Source: Minisyncoccota bacterium (GTDB lineage: Bacteria > Patescibacteriota > Minisyncoccia > Phycocordibacterales > UBA2100). Taken from it: DNA of 64,000 nucleotides. Shown here in pieces: positions 37,983 through 47,251 of this stretch; within the stretch, counting starts at the first letter, position 1, and every line of letters begins with the position of its first letter. A program made the translations under genes and the position numbers. The notes beneath the pieces are model-generated. The model saw only the letters and a list, made by a program, of their open reading frames with translations. It was not told the DNA's origin and searched no databases. The stretch lies in the NCBI GenBank assembly GCA_035500505.1, contig DATJXE010000003.1:201697-265696 (forward strand). The letters are read 5' to 3'.

Positions 37983-38429
37983 ATGCAGAGAGTTTCTCTC
38001 CGGACGTTCGCTTTCCCGCTGGCCCTTGCGGTTGCGATAGTTTCGGCAAGCGCGGCGTTTGCGTATGCGCAGACCACAACCGACGCGCAACTTCGCGCGA
38101 CCATCCAGGCCGAAGTGACGGCCGATCCGCGTTCGCAAACGATGTCGCAGGCGCAGATACAAGCGCTTGTCGACTCGCTCACCGCCCAGGCACAGGCGCA
38201 AGGCCTCACGGCTTCGCAGCTCACCTATCGTGCGCCCACCCAAACTCCGGAGACTTCCTTGCCCGCGCCGAGTTCGCAGTGCACGACGTTCTCCTGTTCG
38301 CTCGCCCGCGCGTTCGGGCTCGACGGCTCCGTTCCCATCATCCCCATTGCGCTTTTTGTGGCGGCGGCACTCTTCATTCTTCTTTTCAGCATCATGCGCG
38401 AGTTAGGGCATCCGCACGCACAGGCTTAG
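37983..38429 (+). CDS. Hypothetical exported protein with C-terminal membrane anchor
   Basis: Signal peptide ending AYA; C-terminal TM; TG-C-TATAGT box before ATG. Confidence 0.7.
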   Translation: MQRVSLRTFAFPLALAVAIVSASAAFAYAQTTTDAQLRATIQAEVTADPRSQTMSQAQIQALVDSLTAQAQAQGLTASQLTYRAPTQTPETSLPAPSSQCTTFSCSLARAFGLDGSVPIIPIALFVAAALFILLFSIMRELGHPHAQA

Positions 38430-38433
38430 AGCG

Positions 38434-38563
38434 TGCGGCGAAGCAGCATGAGTTTTTGAATATCTCGGCTTTGCCACCGTTCTCTTTCTCTGTGCCGGAC
38501 TCTGCCGCAAGAAAACCATTTTGGAAAAATGTGGTAAACAAAAACTCATGCTGCTTCGCCGCA
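38434..38563. repeat. Perfect 25-bp inverted repeat with 80-nt spacer (MITE/REP-like)
   Basis: tgcggcgaagcagcatgagtttttg (38434-38458) / caaaaactcatgctgcttcgccgca (38539-38563). Confidence 0.9.
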
Positions 38564-38679
38564 TAGCGGCATAGTTGCACGCCTTCTTTTTTCGTATATA
38601 GTGCTTCCACCCAAGTCCGTATATGGACCAATGGTGAGCTTCAAAAGCCCGCCATTGCGGGCGTTCACATTTTTAGGAT

Positions 38680-39285
38680 ATGAAATTCATCCTCGGAACC
38701 AAGAGCAAAATGACGCAAGTCTTCGACGAGAAGGGCGTCGTTTCCGCTGCGACGATGATAATCGCCGGGCCCTTGGTCGCGACGCAAGTGAAGACCAAAG
38801 AAAAGGACGGCTATGCGGCAGTCCAATTCGGCTTTGGCACGCGCAAGGAGAAAAACCTCGGCAAGCCGCTCATGGGGCACCTCAAGGACTTGCAGCCGGC
38901 CCGCTACTTGCGAGAATTTCCGGCCGAAGGCGTGGAACGCGGCGCCAAAATAGATGTATCGGTCTTTGCGCCGGGTGATGTCGTTGCCGTTTCGGCTATC
39001 TCAAAAGGGAAAGGGTTCCAGGGTGTCGTGAAGCGCCATGGTTTCAAGGGCGGTCCGCGCAGTCACGGTCAGAAGAACAGAGAGCGCGCGCCTGGTTCTA
39101 TCGGAGGTGGTGGTCGCGCAGGCGGCAGGGTGGTAAAAAATATGCGCATGGCAGGCCGCATGGGCAATGATCGCGTCACGGTGAAGAATCTGCGCGTCCT
39201 GCAAGTCGACCCCGCAACCAACACGATCCTTATATCCGGTGCCGTTCCCGGGCGCCCAGGCACGCTCGTCGAGATCCGCGGCTAA
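38680..39285 (+). CDS. rplC: 50S ribosomal protein L3
   Basis: DGYAAVQ, SKGKGFQGVVKRHGF, MAGRMG. Confidence 0.97.
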   Translation: MKFILGTKSKMTQVFDEKGVVSAATMIIAGPLVATQVKTKEKDGYAAVQFGFGTRKEKNLGKPLMGHLKDLQPARYLREFPAEGVERGAKIDVSVFAPGDVVAVSAISKGKGFQGVVKRHGFKGGPRSHGQKNRERAPGSIGGGGRAGGRVVKNMRMAGRMGNDRVTVKNLRVLQVDPATNTILISGAVPGRPGTLVEIRG

Positions 39286-39296
39286 TCCATACAAGT

Positions 39297-39968
39297 ATGA
39301 AAACAGATATTTACAACATCCAAGGGAAAAAGGCAGGCAGCGTGGAATTGCCGGAGAGCATCTTCGGCGTCGCCTGGAACGAGTCGCTCATGCACCAGGT
39401 AGTGACTTCGATGCAGGACAACGCCCGCACGCCTGTCGCGCACGTCAAAGATCGCGGCGAAGTCCGCGGCGGCGGCAAGAAGCCCTGGCGGCAAAAGGGC
39501 ACCGGCCGCGCACGCCACGGCTCCATCCGCTCGCCCATCTGGCGCCATGGAGGCGTCACGCACGGGCCGCGCAAGGAAAAGGTCTTTGCCCGCGCGATCC
39601 CCAAGAAGATGCGCGCGAAGGCCCTTTTCATGGCGCTTTCGAAGAAATTGCGCGACGGCGAGGTCATCTTCGTCGACACGTTCAGCATCAGCCAACCGAA
39701 GACCGCCGTCGCGAAGAAAATGCTCACGGCCCTGAGCGGCGTCTCCGGGTTCGAGAAACTCTCGAGCAAGAAAAAGAACGCGGCGCTCGTCGCCATTCCC
39801 GAGATGAGCGAGGCCTCGAAGAAGAGCTTCCGCAACCTCGGCAACGTTTCGTGCATGAAGGTGGCCGATCTGAACCCGCTTGCAGTTCTCGGCAATTCCT
39901 ACCTCGTCATCGAGAATCCGGAAGCTGCTATCAAGGTCGTAGAAGGCAAAGTAAAGGCTAAAAAATAA
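39297..39968 (+). CDS. rplD: 50S ribosomal protein L4
   Basis: GGGKKPWRQKGTGRARHGSIRSP. Confidence 0.97.
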   Translation: MKTDIYNIQGKKAGSVELPESIFGVAWNESLMHQVVTSMQDNARTPVAHVKDRGEVRGGGKKPWRQKGTGRARHGSIRSPIWRHGGVTHGPRKEKVFARAIPKKMRAKALFMALSKKLRDGEVIFVDTFSISQPKTAVAKKMLTALSGVSGFEKLSSKKKNAALVAIPEMSEASKKSFRNLGNVSCMKVADLNPLAVLGNSYLVIENPEAAIKVVEGKVKAKK

Positions 39969-39971
39969 GAT

Positions 39972-40361
39972 ATGGCACTCTTTGGAAGAAATAAAAAGAC
40001 AGAGGAGGCGAAGCCCGTGGTTGCGGCACAGGTCGCGGAGACGAAAGCGCCCGCCCGCCGAAACCTTGGCGAAGGCCGGGGGAATTTCTCGCACGTCCTC
40101 AAAAATCCGCGCATTACGGAGAAGGCGACGATGCAACAGGGATTGGGCGTGTATGCGTTCGACGTTGCCGACAACGCGACCAAACAAGACGTCGCTGCTG
40201 CGGTGCGTCAGACATACAAGGTTTCCCCTCGAAAAGTTCGCATCGTCGCCATCCCGTCGAAGACGACGCGCAGCATGCGCACGGGTCGCGCCGGCTTGAA
40301 ATCAGGCGGAAAGAAAGCCTACGTCTATCTCAAGAGCGGCGAAACCATAACCATCAGCTAA
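39972..40361 (+). CDS. rplW: 50S ribosomal protein L23 (N-terminally extended)
   Basis: PRITEKA, YAFDV, KKAYVYL; position in the operon. Confidence 0.93.
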   Translation: MALFGRNKKTEEAKPVVAAQVAETKAPARRNLGEGRGNFSHVLKNPRITEKATMQQGLGVYAFDVADNATKQDVAAAVRQTYKVSPRKVRIVAIPSKTTRSMRTGRAGLKSGGKKAYVYLKSGETITIS

Positions 40362-40365
40362 TCAT

Positions 40366-41214
40366 ATGAGCATCAAAACCTATCGTCCGGTCACAAAAAG
40401 CTCGCGCCAGATGACCCGCGTGAATTATCGCGAGGCACTCTCCGGCCACAAGCCGCTGAAAGCGCTCCTCAAGGGCGCGAAGGGTCGCGGCGGGCGCAAT
40501 TCCTTCGGCCGTATCACGACGCGCCACCAGGGTGGCGGCCACAAGCAGCGCCACCGCAATGTCGATTTTACGTTCGACAAAAAGAACATTCCGGCGAGGA
40601 TCGCCTCGATCGAATACGACCCGATGCGCTCGGCCTTCATCGGTCTTGCTATCTATCGTGACGGCGAGAAGCGCTACGTCGTTTTGCCTCAGAAAATGAA
40701 AGTTGGCGATGAGTTCGTCGTTTCGGAAACCGCTCCTATCAAAACGGGCAACCGCTTGCCGATCGGAAGCATTCCCGTCGGCACGTTCGTCTACAACATC
40801 GAAATAAAGCCGGGCAATGGCGGCAAGATCGCGCGCTCCGCCGGCAACTTCGCCGAAGTCATCGCGCAAGACCAGGGCTACGCGAACCTCAAGATGCCGT
40901 CGAGCGAAGTGCGTCGCGTCATCGGGACCGCGTGGGCATCCGTCGGCGCCGCATCCAACGAAGATCATCGCCTCGAGAATTACGGCAAGGCCGGCAGAAG
41001 CCGCTGGAAGGGCATTCGTCCGACTGTCCGCGGTACCGCGATGAACCCAGTCGATCACCCGCACGGCGGAGGTGAAGGCCGCCAGGGCCGCGGCAGCCGT
41101 CGCGCCAAGTCCATGTGGGGCAAGCCGACAGGCAAGGGCCAAAAGACCCGCCACCCCAAGAAATACTCCAACGTATTCATCCTTTCTCGTCGAAAGGTCG
41201 GAAAGCGAAAGTAA
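40366..41214 (+). CDS. rplB: 50S ribosomal protein L2
   Basis: IEYDPMRSA, RPTVRGTAMNPVDHPHGGGEG. Confidence 0.98.
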   Translation: MSIKTYRPVTKSSRQMTRVNYREALSGHKPLKALLKGAKGRGGRNSFGRITTRHQGGGHKQRHRNVDFTFDKKNIPARIASIEYDPMRSAFIGLAIYRDGEKRYVVLPQKMKVGDEFVVSETAPIKTGNRLPIGSIPVGTFVYNIEIKPGNGGKIARSAGNFAEVIAQDQGYANLKMPSSEVRRVIGTAWASVGAASNEDHRLENYGKAGRSRWKGIRPTVRGTAMNPVDHPHGGGEGRQGRGSRRAKSMWGKPTGKGQKTRHPKKYSNVFILSRRKVGKRK

Positions 41215-41217
41215 AAC

Positions 41218-41245
41218 AAAAGCCCGGCAATGCGCCGGGCTTTTT
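41218..41245. terminator. Bidirectional terminator after rplB
   Basis: aaaagcccggc-aatgc-gccgggctttt. Confidence 0.8.
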
Positions 41246-41263
41246 CGTTTGCCGTGGTCTAGT

Positions 41264-41617
41264 TCAGGGAAGTTCCGCGATGTGAAAGTCAGGAAGCTCC
41301 CGCTTGAAGACCCCTAGGGTAATTTTCCGTTCCGATTCACGAACAATGTCCGGGCTTTCCCCTTGCAGGAAGATACACCTCGTCCCATAGGGCATGTAGG
41401 TGAGCTCCCCGCCGCCAAGCATTTCGAACTCGAGCGGCTGAACTTCGGTCTTGAAATTGTGAAGGACTTGCCCGACCAGGACGTTTCGAGCCGCTACACG
41501 GATAACGATCCGCTCCGTACCGCGTCCGTCGTTTACCTTGAAGACGACGTATCGATAGATCCTTTTTTCGGTCAGTACATTGCCGTTCAACAGCCTCAAA
41601 TCCAGAGCACAAGCCAT
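41264..41617 (-). CDS. Janus/Ocnus (PHPT1 phosphohistidine phosphatase)-like protein
   Basis: GGAGG Shine-Dalgarno before MACALD; YRYVVFKV, MLGGGELTY, IFLQGES, LPDFHI line up by eye with the family pattern FKYVLIRV, CLGGGRI, IxVYGYS, YPDY. Confidence 0.55.
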   Translation of the reverse strand: MACALDLRLLNGNVLTEKRIYRYVVFKVNDGRGTERIVIRVAARNVLVGQVLHNFKTEVQPLEFEMLGGGELTYMPYGTRCIFLQGESPDIVRESERKITLGVFKRELPDFHIAELP

Positions 41618-41793
41618 GGAAGCCTCCCGATTAAACTCAACTTCCACCATAACCCGAAAAGTATTACTACACAATAATCTCGACGACCTGCAACAGGACC
41701 TCGATTTTTTCTAGGATTCTCGTGGAAATTTGACGTACCAAAGTCTATCCTATATATTGTGCCAACGCCGTGCAGGCGTTTTTGTTTGAAGAT

Positions 41794-42135
41794 ATGACAC
41801 GAAGCTTAAAGAAAGGTCCCTACGTGGACGAAAAACTGATGAAGAAAGTCGGCGCCCGCAAGCCGAATGCTGGCTCTATTAAGACGTGGGCGCGCGCTTC
41901 TTCCATCGCGCCGGAATTCGTCGGTTTCACCTTTGCCGTACACAACGGCAAGTCTTTTGAGGAGGTCTTCGTGACCGAGGACATGGTCGGGCACCGCTTG
42001 GGAGAATTTTCGCCGACGACGAAGTTCATCAAGCACGGAGGCAAGATGCAGAAGGAAGCCGAAATGGCCGCCAAGCAGGCGGAGATCGCAACGGCTCAAG
42101 CCGCAAAGGCGACCGCCGAGACCGCGAAGAAATAA
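41794..42135 (+). CDS. rpsS: 30S ribosomal protein S19
   Basis: [28 protein letters not shown]. Confidence 0.97.
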   Translation: MTRSLKKGPYVDEKLMKKVGARKPNAGSIKTWARASSIAPEFVGFTFAVHNGKSFEEVFVTEDMVGHRLGEFSPTTKFIKHGGKMQKEAEMAAKQAEIATAQAAKATAETAKK

Positions 42136-42141
42136 TTTTCT

Positions 42142-42495
42142 ATGAAAGCAACGCTCAAAAATTACCACCAGTCGCCCCGCAAGGTCCGCCTTGTAGCCGA
42201 CATGATACGCGGCAAGTCGGTGCCCGCCGCGCGCGCCGCACTCCACTTTCTTCCAAAGAAATCTTCTCCCACGATCGCCAAGCTGCTCGACTCCGCCGTC
42301 GCCAACTCCGGCGCGTCTCCGGACTCTCTGTACGTGAAATCCATCGCGGTCAACAAAGGCACTGTCATGCGCCGCTACCGCCCGTTCTCTCGCGGCCGCT
42401 CCGGTACGCTCAGGAAGACAATGTCCATCGTTACGCTCGAACTTGGCACGGGTGCGCCGGCCAAAAAGCCGAAGAAGGTCAAAAAAACCGAATAA
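42142..42495 (+). CDS. rplV: 50S ribosomal protein L22
   Basis: SPRKVRLVADMIRGK, SAVAN. Confidence 0.96.
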   Translation: MKATLKNYHQSPRKVRLVADMIRGKSVPAARAALHFLPKKSSPTIAKLLDSAVANSGASPDSLYVKSIAVNKGTVMRRYRPFSRGRSGTLRKTMSIVTLELGTGAPAKKPKKVKKTE

Positions 42496-42496
42496 T

Positions 42497-43174
42497 ATGA
42501 CGCACACCGTACATCCATACGCCCACCGCCTTGGTATCATCCGCGACTGGAAATCGCGCTGGTTCGCTAAGAACCCGAAGGATTATCGCACCAACGTCAT
42601 GGTCGACTCGACCATCCGCCGCTTCCTCAAAAAGCGCTTGCGCGGCATGTACGTTACTTCGGTGGAGATCGAGCGTTCGCAGAATTCCATCCGCATCCTC
42701 ATCAAGACCTCGCGCCCGGGCCTCGTCATCGGTCGCGGCGGCGAAGGTTCCCAGAAAATAACGAAAGAGATCGAAACCCTTATGCGCACGGTGAAAGACG
42801 CGCCGAAGCTTTCGGTACGTCTCGATATTGAAGAGGTGCGCTCGCCCGAGTCGCAAGCTCCCGTCGTCGCCTATATGGTCGCCGAAGGCCTGGAGAAACG
42901 TCAGACCTTCCGTCGCGTGCTCAAGCAGACGGTAGAGAAGGTGATGGCCAACCGCGACGTGCAGGGAGTTCGCATCGCCATTTCCGGCCGCCTCGGCGGA
43001 GCCGAAATGTCGCGTCAAGAAGAGATAAAACGCGGCCGAGTTCCTCTCCAAACACTGCGCGCCGACATCGATTTCGCCAAAGAGATCGCCTATCTCCCGT
43101 ATGGTGTCATCGGCGTCAAAGTATGGATCTACCGCGGCGAGATTTTTGAGAAGGGAAAAGAGAACCGCGCATAA
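42497..43174 (+). CDS. rpsC: 30S ribosomal protein S3
   Basis: RLGIIRDWKSRWF, RPGLVIGRGG, SGRLGGAEM, GRVPLQTLRADID. Confidence 0.97.
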   Translation: MTHTVHPYAHRLGIIRDWKSRWFAKNPKDYRTNVMVDSTIRRFLKKRLRGMYVTSVEIERSQNSIRILIKTSRPGLVIGRGGEGSQKITKEIETLMRTVKDAPKLSVRLDIEEVRSPESQAPVVAYMVAEGLEKRQTFRRVLKQTVEKVMANRDVQGVRIAISGRLGGAEMSRQEEIKRGRVPLQTLRADIDFAKEIAYLPYGVIGVKVWIYRGEIFEKGKENRA

Positions 43175-43178
43175 ACGT

Positions 43179-43601
43179 ATGTTGGCACCGAAAAAAGCAA
43201 AACACCGCAAATGGCAAACGGGCAGGAGGAACCCGAAGCGCCTGATGCGCCCGGAGACGCGCGGTATCACCGTTGCTTTTGGCGCGTATGGCCTCAAAGC
43301 GCTTACGCAGGCCCGTATCACCTCCAATCAGATAGAGGCGGCTCGACGGGCGCTCACTCGCGCGGCGGGAAAGAGCGCCAAGGTCTGGGTGCGCATTTTC
43401 CCCGACCGTCCCGTCACGCAGAAAGCTGCGGAGGTGGGCATGGGTTCCGGCAAGGGAGACGTTGCAGGCTACGTCGTCGACGTGCGCCCGGGCCGCGTGC
43501 TTTTTGAAGTCGACGGTGCGCCGGAGGGAATGGCGCGCGAGGCACTGCGCAAGGCCGGCACCAAGTTGCCCCTGAAGGGCAAGGTCGTCGCTCGTGAATA
43601 A
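43179..43601 (+). CDS. rplP: 50S ribosomal protein L16
   Basis: QIEAARR, WVRIFPDRP, MGSGKG. Confidence 0.97.
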   Translation: MLAPKKAKHRKWQTGRRNPKRLMRPETRGITVAFGAYGLKALTQARITSNQIEAARRALTRAAGKSAKVWVRIFPDRPVTQKAAEVGMGSGKGDVAGYVVDVRPGRVLFEVDGAPEGMAREALRKAGTKLPLKGKVVARE

Positions 43602-43609
43602 ATGATCAT

Positions 43610-43807
43610 ATGGCTAATCCGCTCAAAACACAGGAGGTAGGGGAATTGCAGAAGACGCTGGCCGACAAGCGCGAGGCATTGCGGAGTTTCCGCTTCGGCG
43701 GTGCCGGCTCCCGCAGCCGCAACGTGCGCGAGGGCCGCAACCTCCGCAAGGAAATAGCGCAGATCCTCACCGAGTTGCGCGAACGCGAACTCTCGAATAC
43801 AAAGTAA
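43610..43807 (+). CDS. rpmC: 50S ribosomal protein L29
   Basis: LRKEIAQILTEL; position between rplP and rpsQ. Confidence 0.9.
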   Translation: MANPLKTQEVGELQKTLADKREALRSFRFGGAGSRSRNVREGRNLRKEIAQILTELRERELSNTK

Positions 43808-43811
43808 TCGT

Positions 43812-44081
43812 ATGGATGCAAAATCAACAACCGGAAAGACATTCGAAGGCATTGTCGTGAAGTCGGCGATGAAAGACACCTGCACGGTGCAGGTAGAACG
43901 CTACGTGAAGCACCCGAAGTACAAGAAATACATCCGCCACAGCAAGAAATTCCTCGTGCACAACCCGGGCAATTCCGTGCAGGTCGGCGATAAGGTGACC
44001 ATTCGCGAGACGAGGCCGATCTCGCGCCACAAGCGCTTTGTCATCGCGTCCCGCATCGCCCGCGTCGAAACGACAGAATAA
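43812..44081 (+). CDS. rpsQ: 30S ribosomal protein S17
   Basis: HPKYKK, GDKVTIRETRPISRHK. Confidence 0.96.
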   Translation: MDAKSTTGKTFEGIVVKSAMKDTCTVQVERYVKHPKYKKYIRHSKKFLVHNPGNSVQVGDKVTIRETRPISRHKRFVIASRIARVETTE

Positions 44082-44084
44082 TCT

Positions 44085-44465
44085 ATGATCCACGACCGAA
44101 CACTCGTAAAAATAGCAGACAACTCCGGCGGGCAGATCGGACGCGTTTTCAAGGTACTCGGCGGTTCAAAGAAGCGCTATGCAGGGATCGGTGAAGAGGT
44201 CGTCATCTCCATCCAGACCGCGCAGCCGCGCAAGGCCGTGAAGAAGAAGGAGATCCACCGCGCGGTCGTCGTCCGCACCAAGAACGCGCTGCGCCGCAAG
44301 GACGGTTCCTATATCCGATTCGATGAGAATGCGGTCGTTTTGGTCGTTGGTTCCGGCAAGGAGCCGAAAGAGCCCAAGGCGAACCGCGTGTTCGGCCCCA
44401 TCCCGCGCGAAGTCGTCGAAGCGGGCTATCAGAAGATCGGTTCGCTCGCGCCCGAAGTCGTGTAA
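44085..44465 (+). CDS. rplN: 50S ribosomal protein L14
   Basis: ADNSG, DGSYIRFDENAVV, FGPIPRE, SLAPEV. Confidence 0.97.
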   Translation: MIHDRTLVKIADNSGGQIGRVFKVLGGSKKRYAGIGEEVVISIQTAQPRKAVKKKEIHRAVVVRTKNALRRKDGSYIRFDENAVVLVVGSGKEPKEPKANRVFGPIPREVVEAGYQKIGSLAPEVV

Positions 44466-44475
44466 ATACAACCGT

Positions 44476-44784
44476 ATGAAACTCAAGAAAGGAGACAAAG
44501 TCGTCGTTATCGCCGGCAAAGAGAAAGGCCAAACGGGCACCATCGTCCGCGTGCTTCCCGCACGCAGCATGTTGGTTCTCGACAAAATGAATCTCGTCAA
44601 AAAGCACCGCCGCCCCAACGCGCAATCGCGCAAAGGTCAGATAGTCGACGTCGCGATGCCCATCCACGTGTCCAACGTCATGCTCGCCGATCCCAAGGAT
44701 GGCAAACCGACCCGCATTAAGATCTCACGCAAAGAAGGCGCTCGTGCTCGCATCGCCGTAAAGAGCGGTCAAGAAATCGCATAA
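44476..44784 (+). CDS. rplX: 50S ribosomal protein L24
   Basis: KKGDKVVVIAGKEKG, PIHVSNV. Confidence 0.96.
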   Translation: MKLKKGDKVVVIAGKEKGQTGTIVRVLPARSMLVLDKMNLVKKHRRPNAQSRKGQIVDVAMPIHVSNVMLADPKDGKPTRIKISRKEGARARIAVKSGQEIA

Positions 44785-44788
44785 TTAT

Positions 44789-45337
44789 ATGAACGCAGTT
44801 GCAACACAATCCAAAACATTCGACGCTCTCAAGGGCGAGTTCGGCTACACTTCGCCGATGCAGGCGCCGAAGGTGCTCAAGGTCATCGTTTCGACTGGTG
44901 TGGGCAAGGTCAACAAGGACAAAAAGCGTCTTGAACTCGTCGAAGACCGGCTCGAACGCATCACTGGCCAGCACGCGGCTCCCCGCGCAGCCAAGAAGGC
45001 TATTGCCAATTTCAAATCGCGCACCGGCGACGTCGTCGGCTACCAGGTAACACTCCGCGGCCCAAAGATGCAGGCGTTCCTCGACAAGCTCATTCACATC
45101 GTCCTCCCGCGCGTGAAAGACTTCCGCGGCATCCAACCCAAAGCCATCGATGAAATGGGCAACATCACCATCGGCCTGCGCGAACACACTGTTTTCCCCG
45201 AAACTGCAGACGAGGAATCCAAGGACATCTTCGGCATCGCCATCACCATCACAACCACCGCAAAGAACAAAAAAGAAGCGGAAGCTTTCTTCCGCCACCT
45301 CGGCCTCCCGCTTCGGGAAGTTGAAGCAAAGAAATAA
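44789..45337 (+). CDS. rplE: 50S ribosomal protein L5
   Basis: ITGQ, VTLRG, LPRVKDFRG, FPE. Confidence 0.97.
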   Translation: MNAVATQSKTFDALKGEFGYTSPMQAPKVLKVIVSTGVGKVNKDKKRLELVEDRLERITGQHAAPRAAKKAIANFKSRTGDVVGYQVTLRGPKMQAFLDKLIHIVLPRVKDFRGIQPKAIDEMGNITIGLREHTVFPETADEESKDIFGIAITITTTAKNKKEAEAFFRHLGLPLREVEAKK

Positions 45338-45341
45338 AAAC

Positions 45342-45368
45342 AAACGACCGCCGGGAGGCGGTCGTTTT
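45342..45368. terminator. Bidirectional terminator after rplE
   Basis: aaacgaccgcc-ggga-ggcggtcgtttt. Confidence 0.8.
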
Positions 45369-45393
45369 CGTTTCTTGTGTTAGCTGTGGTTCC

Positions 45394-45855
45394 TTAAACT
45401 GCGATTAAGGTCGCGCCAGTGTCGTCATGTACTTGATGGCCAGTATATGGGCCTTCATAAGCGTTTTTCGCGTACTCGATTGCTTTCTCTCGATCATCAA
45501 GGTCGGCAACAAGCTTAATTGTGCCGGTGGCAATATCGGCGCAGATGATGCGGAACTTGCCGGGTGGCGCTTTCCGCTCTTCTTCGCTGATGATGGCGCC
45601 GACCGCGTCAACGATGCGACCATGGTCATCGTAGATCCTGTAGCGGAGCACCTCCTTAACCTCGAGTCGTTTCTCATGGAGCAGCGTGCGCCAACGGTCA
45701 AGAGCGTCATGTCTGTCAACGAAGTCCTCGACGAGGAAGTATTCTGACGGCACGAGCTCGGTTTCTGCTCGCCGCATTTTGACCCTCACCACCCGGAATT
45801 GACCGGGCAATGCCTTCAGTTCGGCTTCGGTGAGGCGGTTGTTGAGAGCACTCAT
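45394..45855 (-). CDS. Hypothetical protein made of two tandem ~65-aa domains
   Basis: GGAGG Shine-Dalgarno; PGQFRVV...LVEDFVDRHDA...IYDDHG and PGKFRII...LVADLDDREKA...VHDDTG. Confidence 0.7.
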   Translation of the reverse strand: MSALNNRLTEAELKALPGQFRVVRVKMRRAETELVPSEYFLVEDFVDRHDALDRWRTLLHEKRLEVKEVLRYRIYDDHGRIVDAVGAIISEEERKAPPGKFRIICADIATGTIKLVADLDDREKAIEYAKNAYEGPYTGHQVHDDTGATLIAV

Positions 45856-46087
45856 CGTTCGTCCTCCTCTAAAGTGGTACGTGAGTGTCGACAATATATG
45901 CCGATTGCAATTTTTGTCCATTTGTTTGACTTTGCAAGAGACATCGCATATATTGTCGAAGCCTCGTAGGGGGTTCTGTCTTACCCGAAGTTAATTGAGG
46001 GATTCAGAGCCACGAACGGGAACGCGATAACTTTCGCCGCAAGGCCAAGTGCACGCCCCCGAATTCTCCTATAGGGCATCATCTTAT

Positions 46088-46273
46088 ATGGCAAAAAAGT
46101 CGATGGTCGTGAAGGCCAACAAGAAACCGAAATTCTCAACCCGCACCGTGCGGCGCTGCTTCAAGTGCGGCCGCCCGCGCGGTTTTATGCGTGATTTCAA
46201 TCTCTGCCGTATCTGTTTCCGCGAGGAAGCGTTGGAAGGCAACATCCCCGGAATAAAAAAGTCCTCCTGGTAA
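46088..46273 (+). CDS. rpsN: 30S ribosomal protein S14, zinc-binding type
   Basis: [10 protein letters not shown]...LCRICFRE...PGIKKSSW. Confidence 0.97.
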   Translation: MAKKSMVVKANKKPKFSTRTVRRCFKCGRPRGFMRDFNLCRICFREEALEGNIPGIKKSSW

Positions 46274-46279
46274 TTTTGT

Positions 46280-46675
46280 ATGGTCACTGATCCTGTCGGA
46301 GATTTCTTGGTGCGGCTCAAGAACGCGGGCGCGGTCAAGAAGGCCAGCGTTTCCATCCCATATTCGGCCTTCAAGCTCGCTATCGCGGAGAAGTTGAAGG
46401 ACGCCGGTTTCGTCGCCGGTATCGAAAAGAAAGGTAAAAAGGTAAAGAAGACGCTCGACGTCGTTCTCAAATACAACGATGCCGGTGCCCCACTCATCCG
46501 CGGCGCGCGCCGCATTTCCAAGCCTGGCCGCCGCATGTACAGGAGCGTTCATGAGATCATGCCCGTGCGCCTCGGCCATGGCGCCTTGATCCTTTCGACC
46601 CCGAACGGCATCAAGACCGACAAGGAAGCCCGCAAAGAAAAGATAGGCGGTGAAGCCCTGTTCGAAATTTGGTAG
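46280..46675 (+). CDS. rpsH: 30S ribosomal protein S8
   Basis: DPVGDFLVRLKN, ISKPGRRMY, ILSTPNG, GGE. Confidence 0.97.
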   Translation: MVTDPVGDFLVRLKNAGAVKKASVSIPYSAFKLAIAEKLKDAGFVAGIEKKGKKVKKTLDVVLKYNDAGAPLIRGARRISKPGRRMYRSVHEIMPVRLGHGALILSTPNGIKTDKEARKEKIGGEALFEIW

Positions 46676-46679
46676 TCAT

Positions 46680-47246
46680 ATGAGTCGCACCGGTAAACTT
46701 CCCATCAAAATTCCCGCAGGCACCGAAGTCTCGGTCGCTCGCCCCGCCAACGGCGGGGCAGGCGGCGAGATAACCGTCAAGGGCAAGGGCGGCACGCTCA
46801 AGCGTACGCTGCATCCGGCCGTTTCCATCACCGTTTCCAATGGTGAGGCGCTCGTCGCCCCCGCGCAGCAGACGCGTCTCGCACGCGCTTTGTGGGGCAC
46901 CTACGCCGCCCACGTGCGCAACATGATCGCAGGCGTCAACACGCCGTTCCAGAAGAAGTTGCAGGTCGAAGGCATCGGCTTTCGCGCAGAAGTGTCCGGC
47001 AAACAGCTGAAACTCCAGGTCGGATTCTCGCACCCGGTCATGGTCGCCATTCCCGAAGGCGTCACTGCGGCCGTGGACAAGAACATCATTTCCATCTCTG
47101 GCGCGAACAAGGAGCAGGTCGGGCAGTTCGCCGCGACGGTCCGAGCGGTAAAAAAGCCCGAGCCGTACAAGGGCAAGGGGATCCGCTACGAAGGCGAGGT
47201 CGTTCGCCAGAAGCAGGGCAAGAAGGCGGCGACTGCGGCTGCATAA
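46680..47246 (+). CDS. rplF: 50S ribosomal protein L6
   Basis: MSRTGKLP, GFSHP, KPEPYKGKGIRY. Confidence 0.97.
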   Translation: MSRTGKLPIKIPAGTEVSVARPANGGAGGEITVKGKGGTLKRTLHPAVSITVSNGEALVAPAQQTRLARALWGTYAAHVRNMIAGVNTPFQKKLQVEGIGFRAEVSGKQLKLQVGFSHPVMVAIPEGVTAAVDKNIISISGANKEQVGQFAATVRAVKKPEPYKGKGIRYEGEVVRQKQGKKAATAAA

Positions 47247-47251
47247 AACAT

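Noticed and set aside
24850-38680. Prophage or integrative element as the origin of the island
   Set aside because: No integrase, terminase, capsid, transposase or att-like direct repeat seen
41363-41677. Plus-strand 104-aa ORF between rplB and rpsS
   Set aside because: Non-ATG start, lies after a terminator; the minus-strand ORF has a Shine-Dalgarno and family-like motifs
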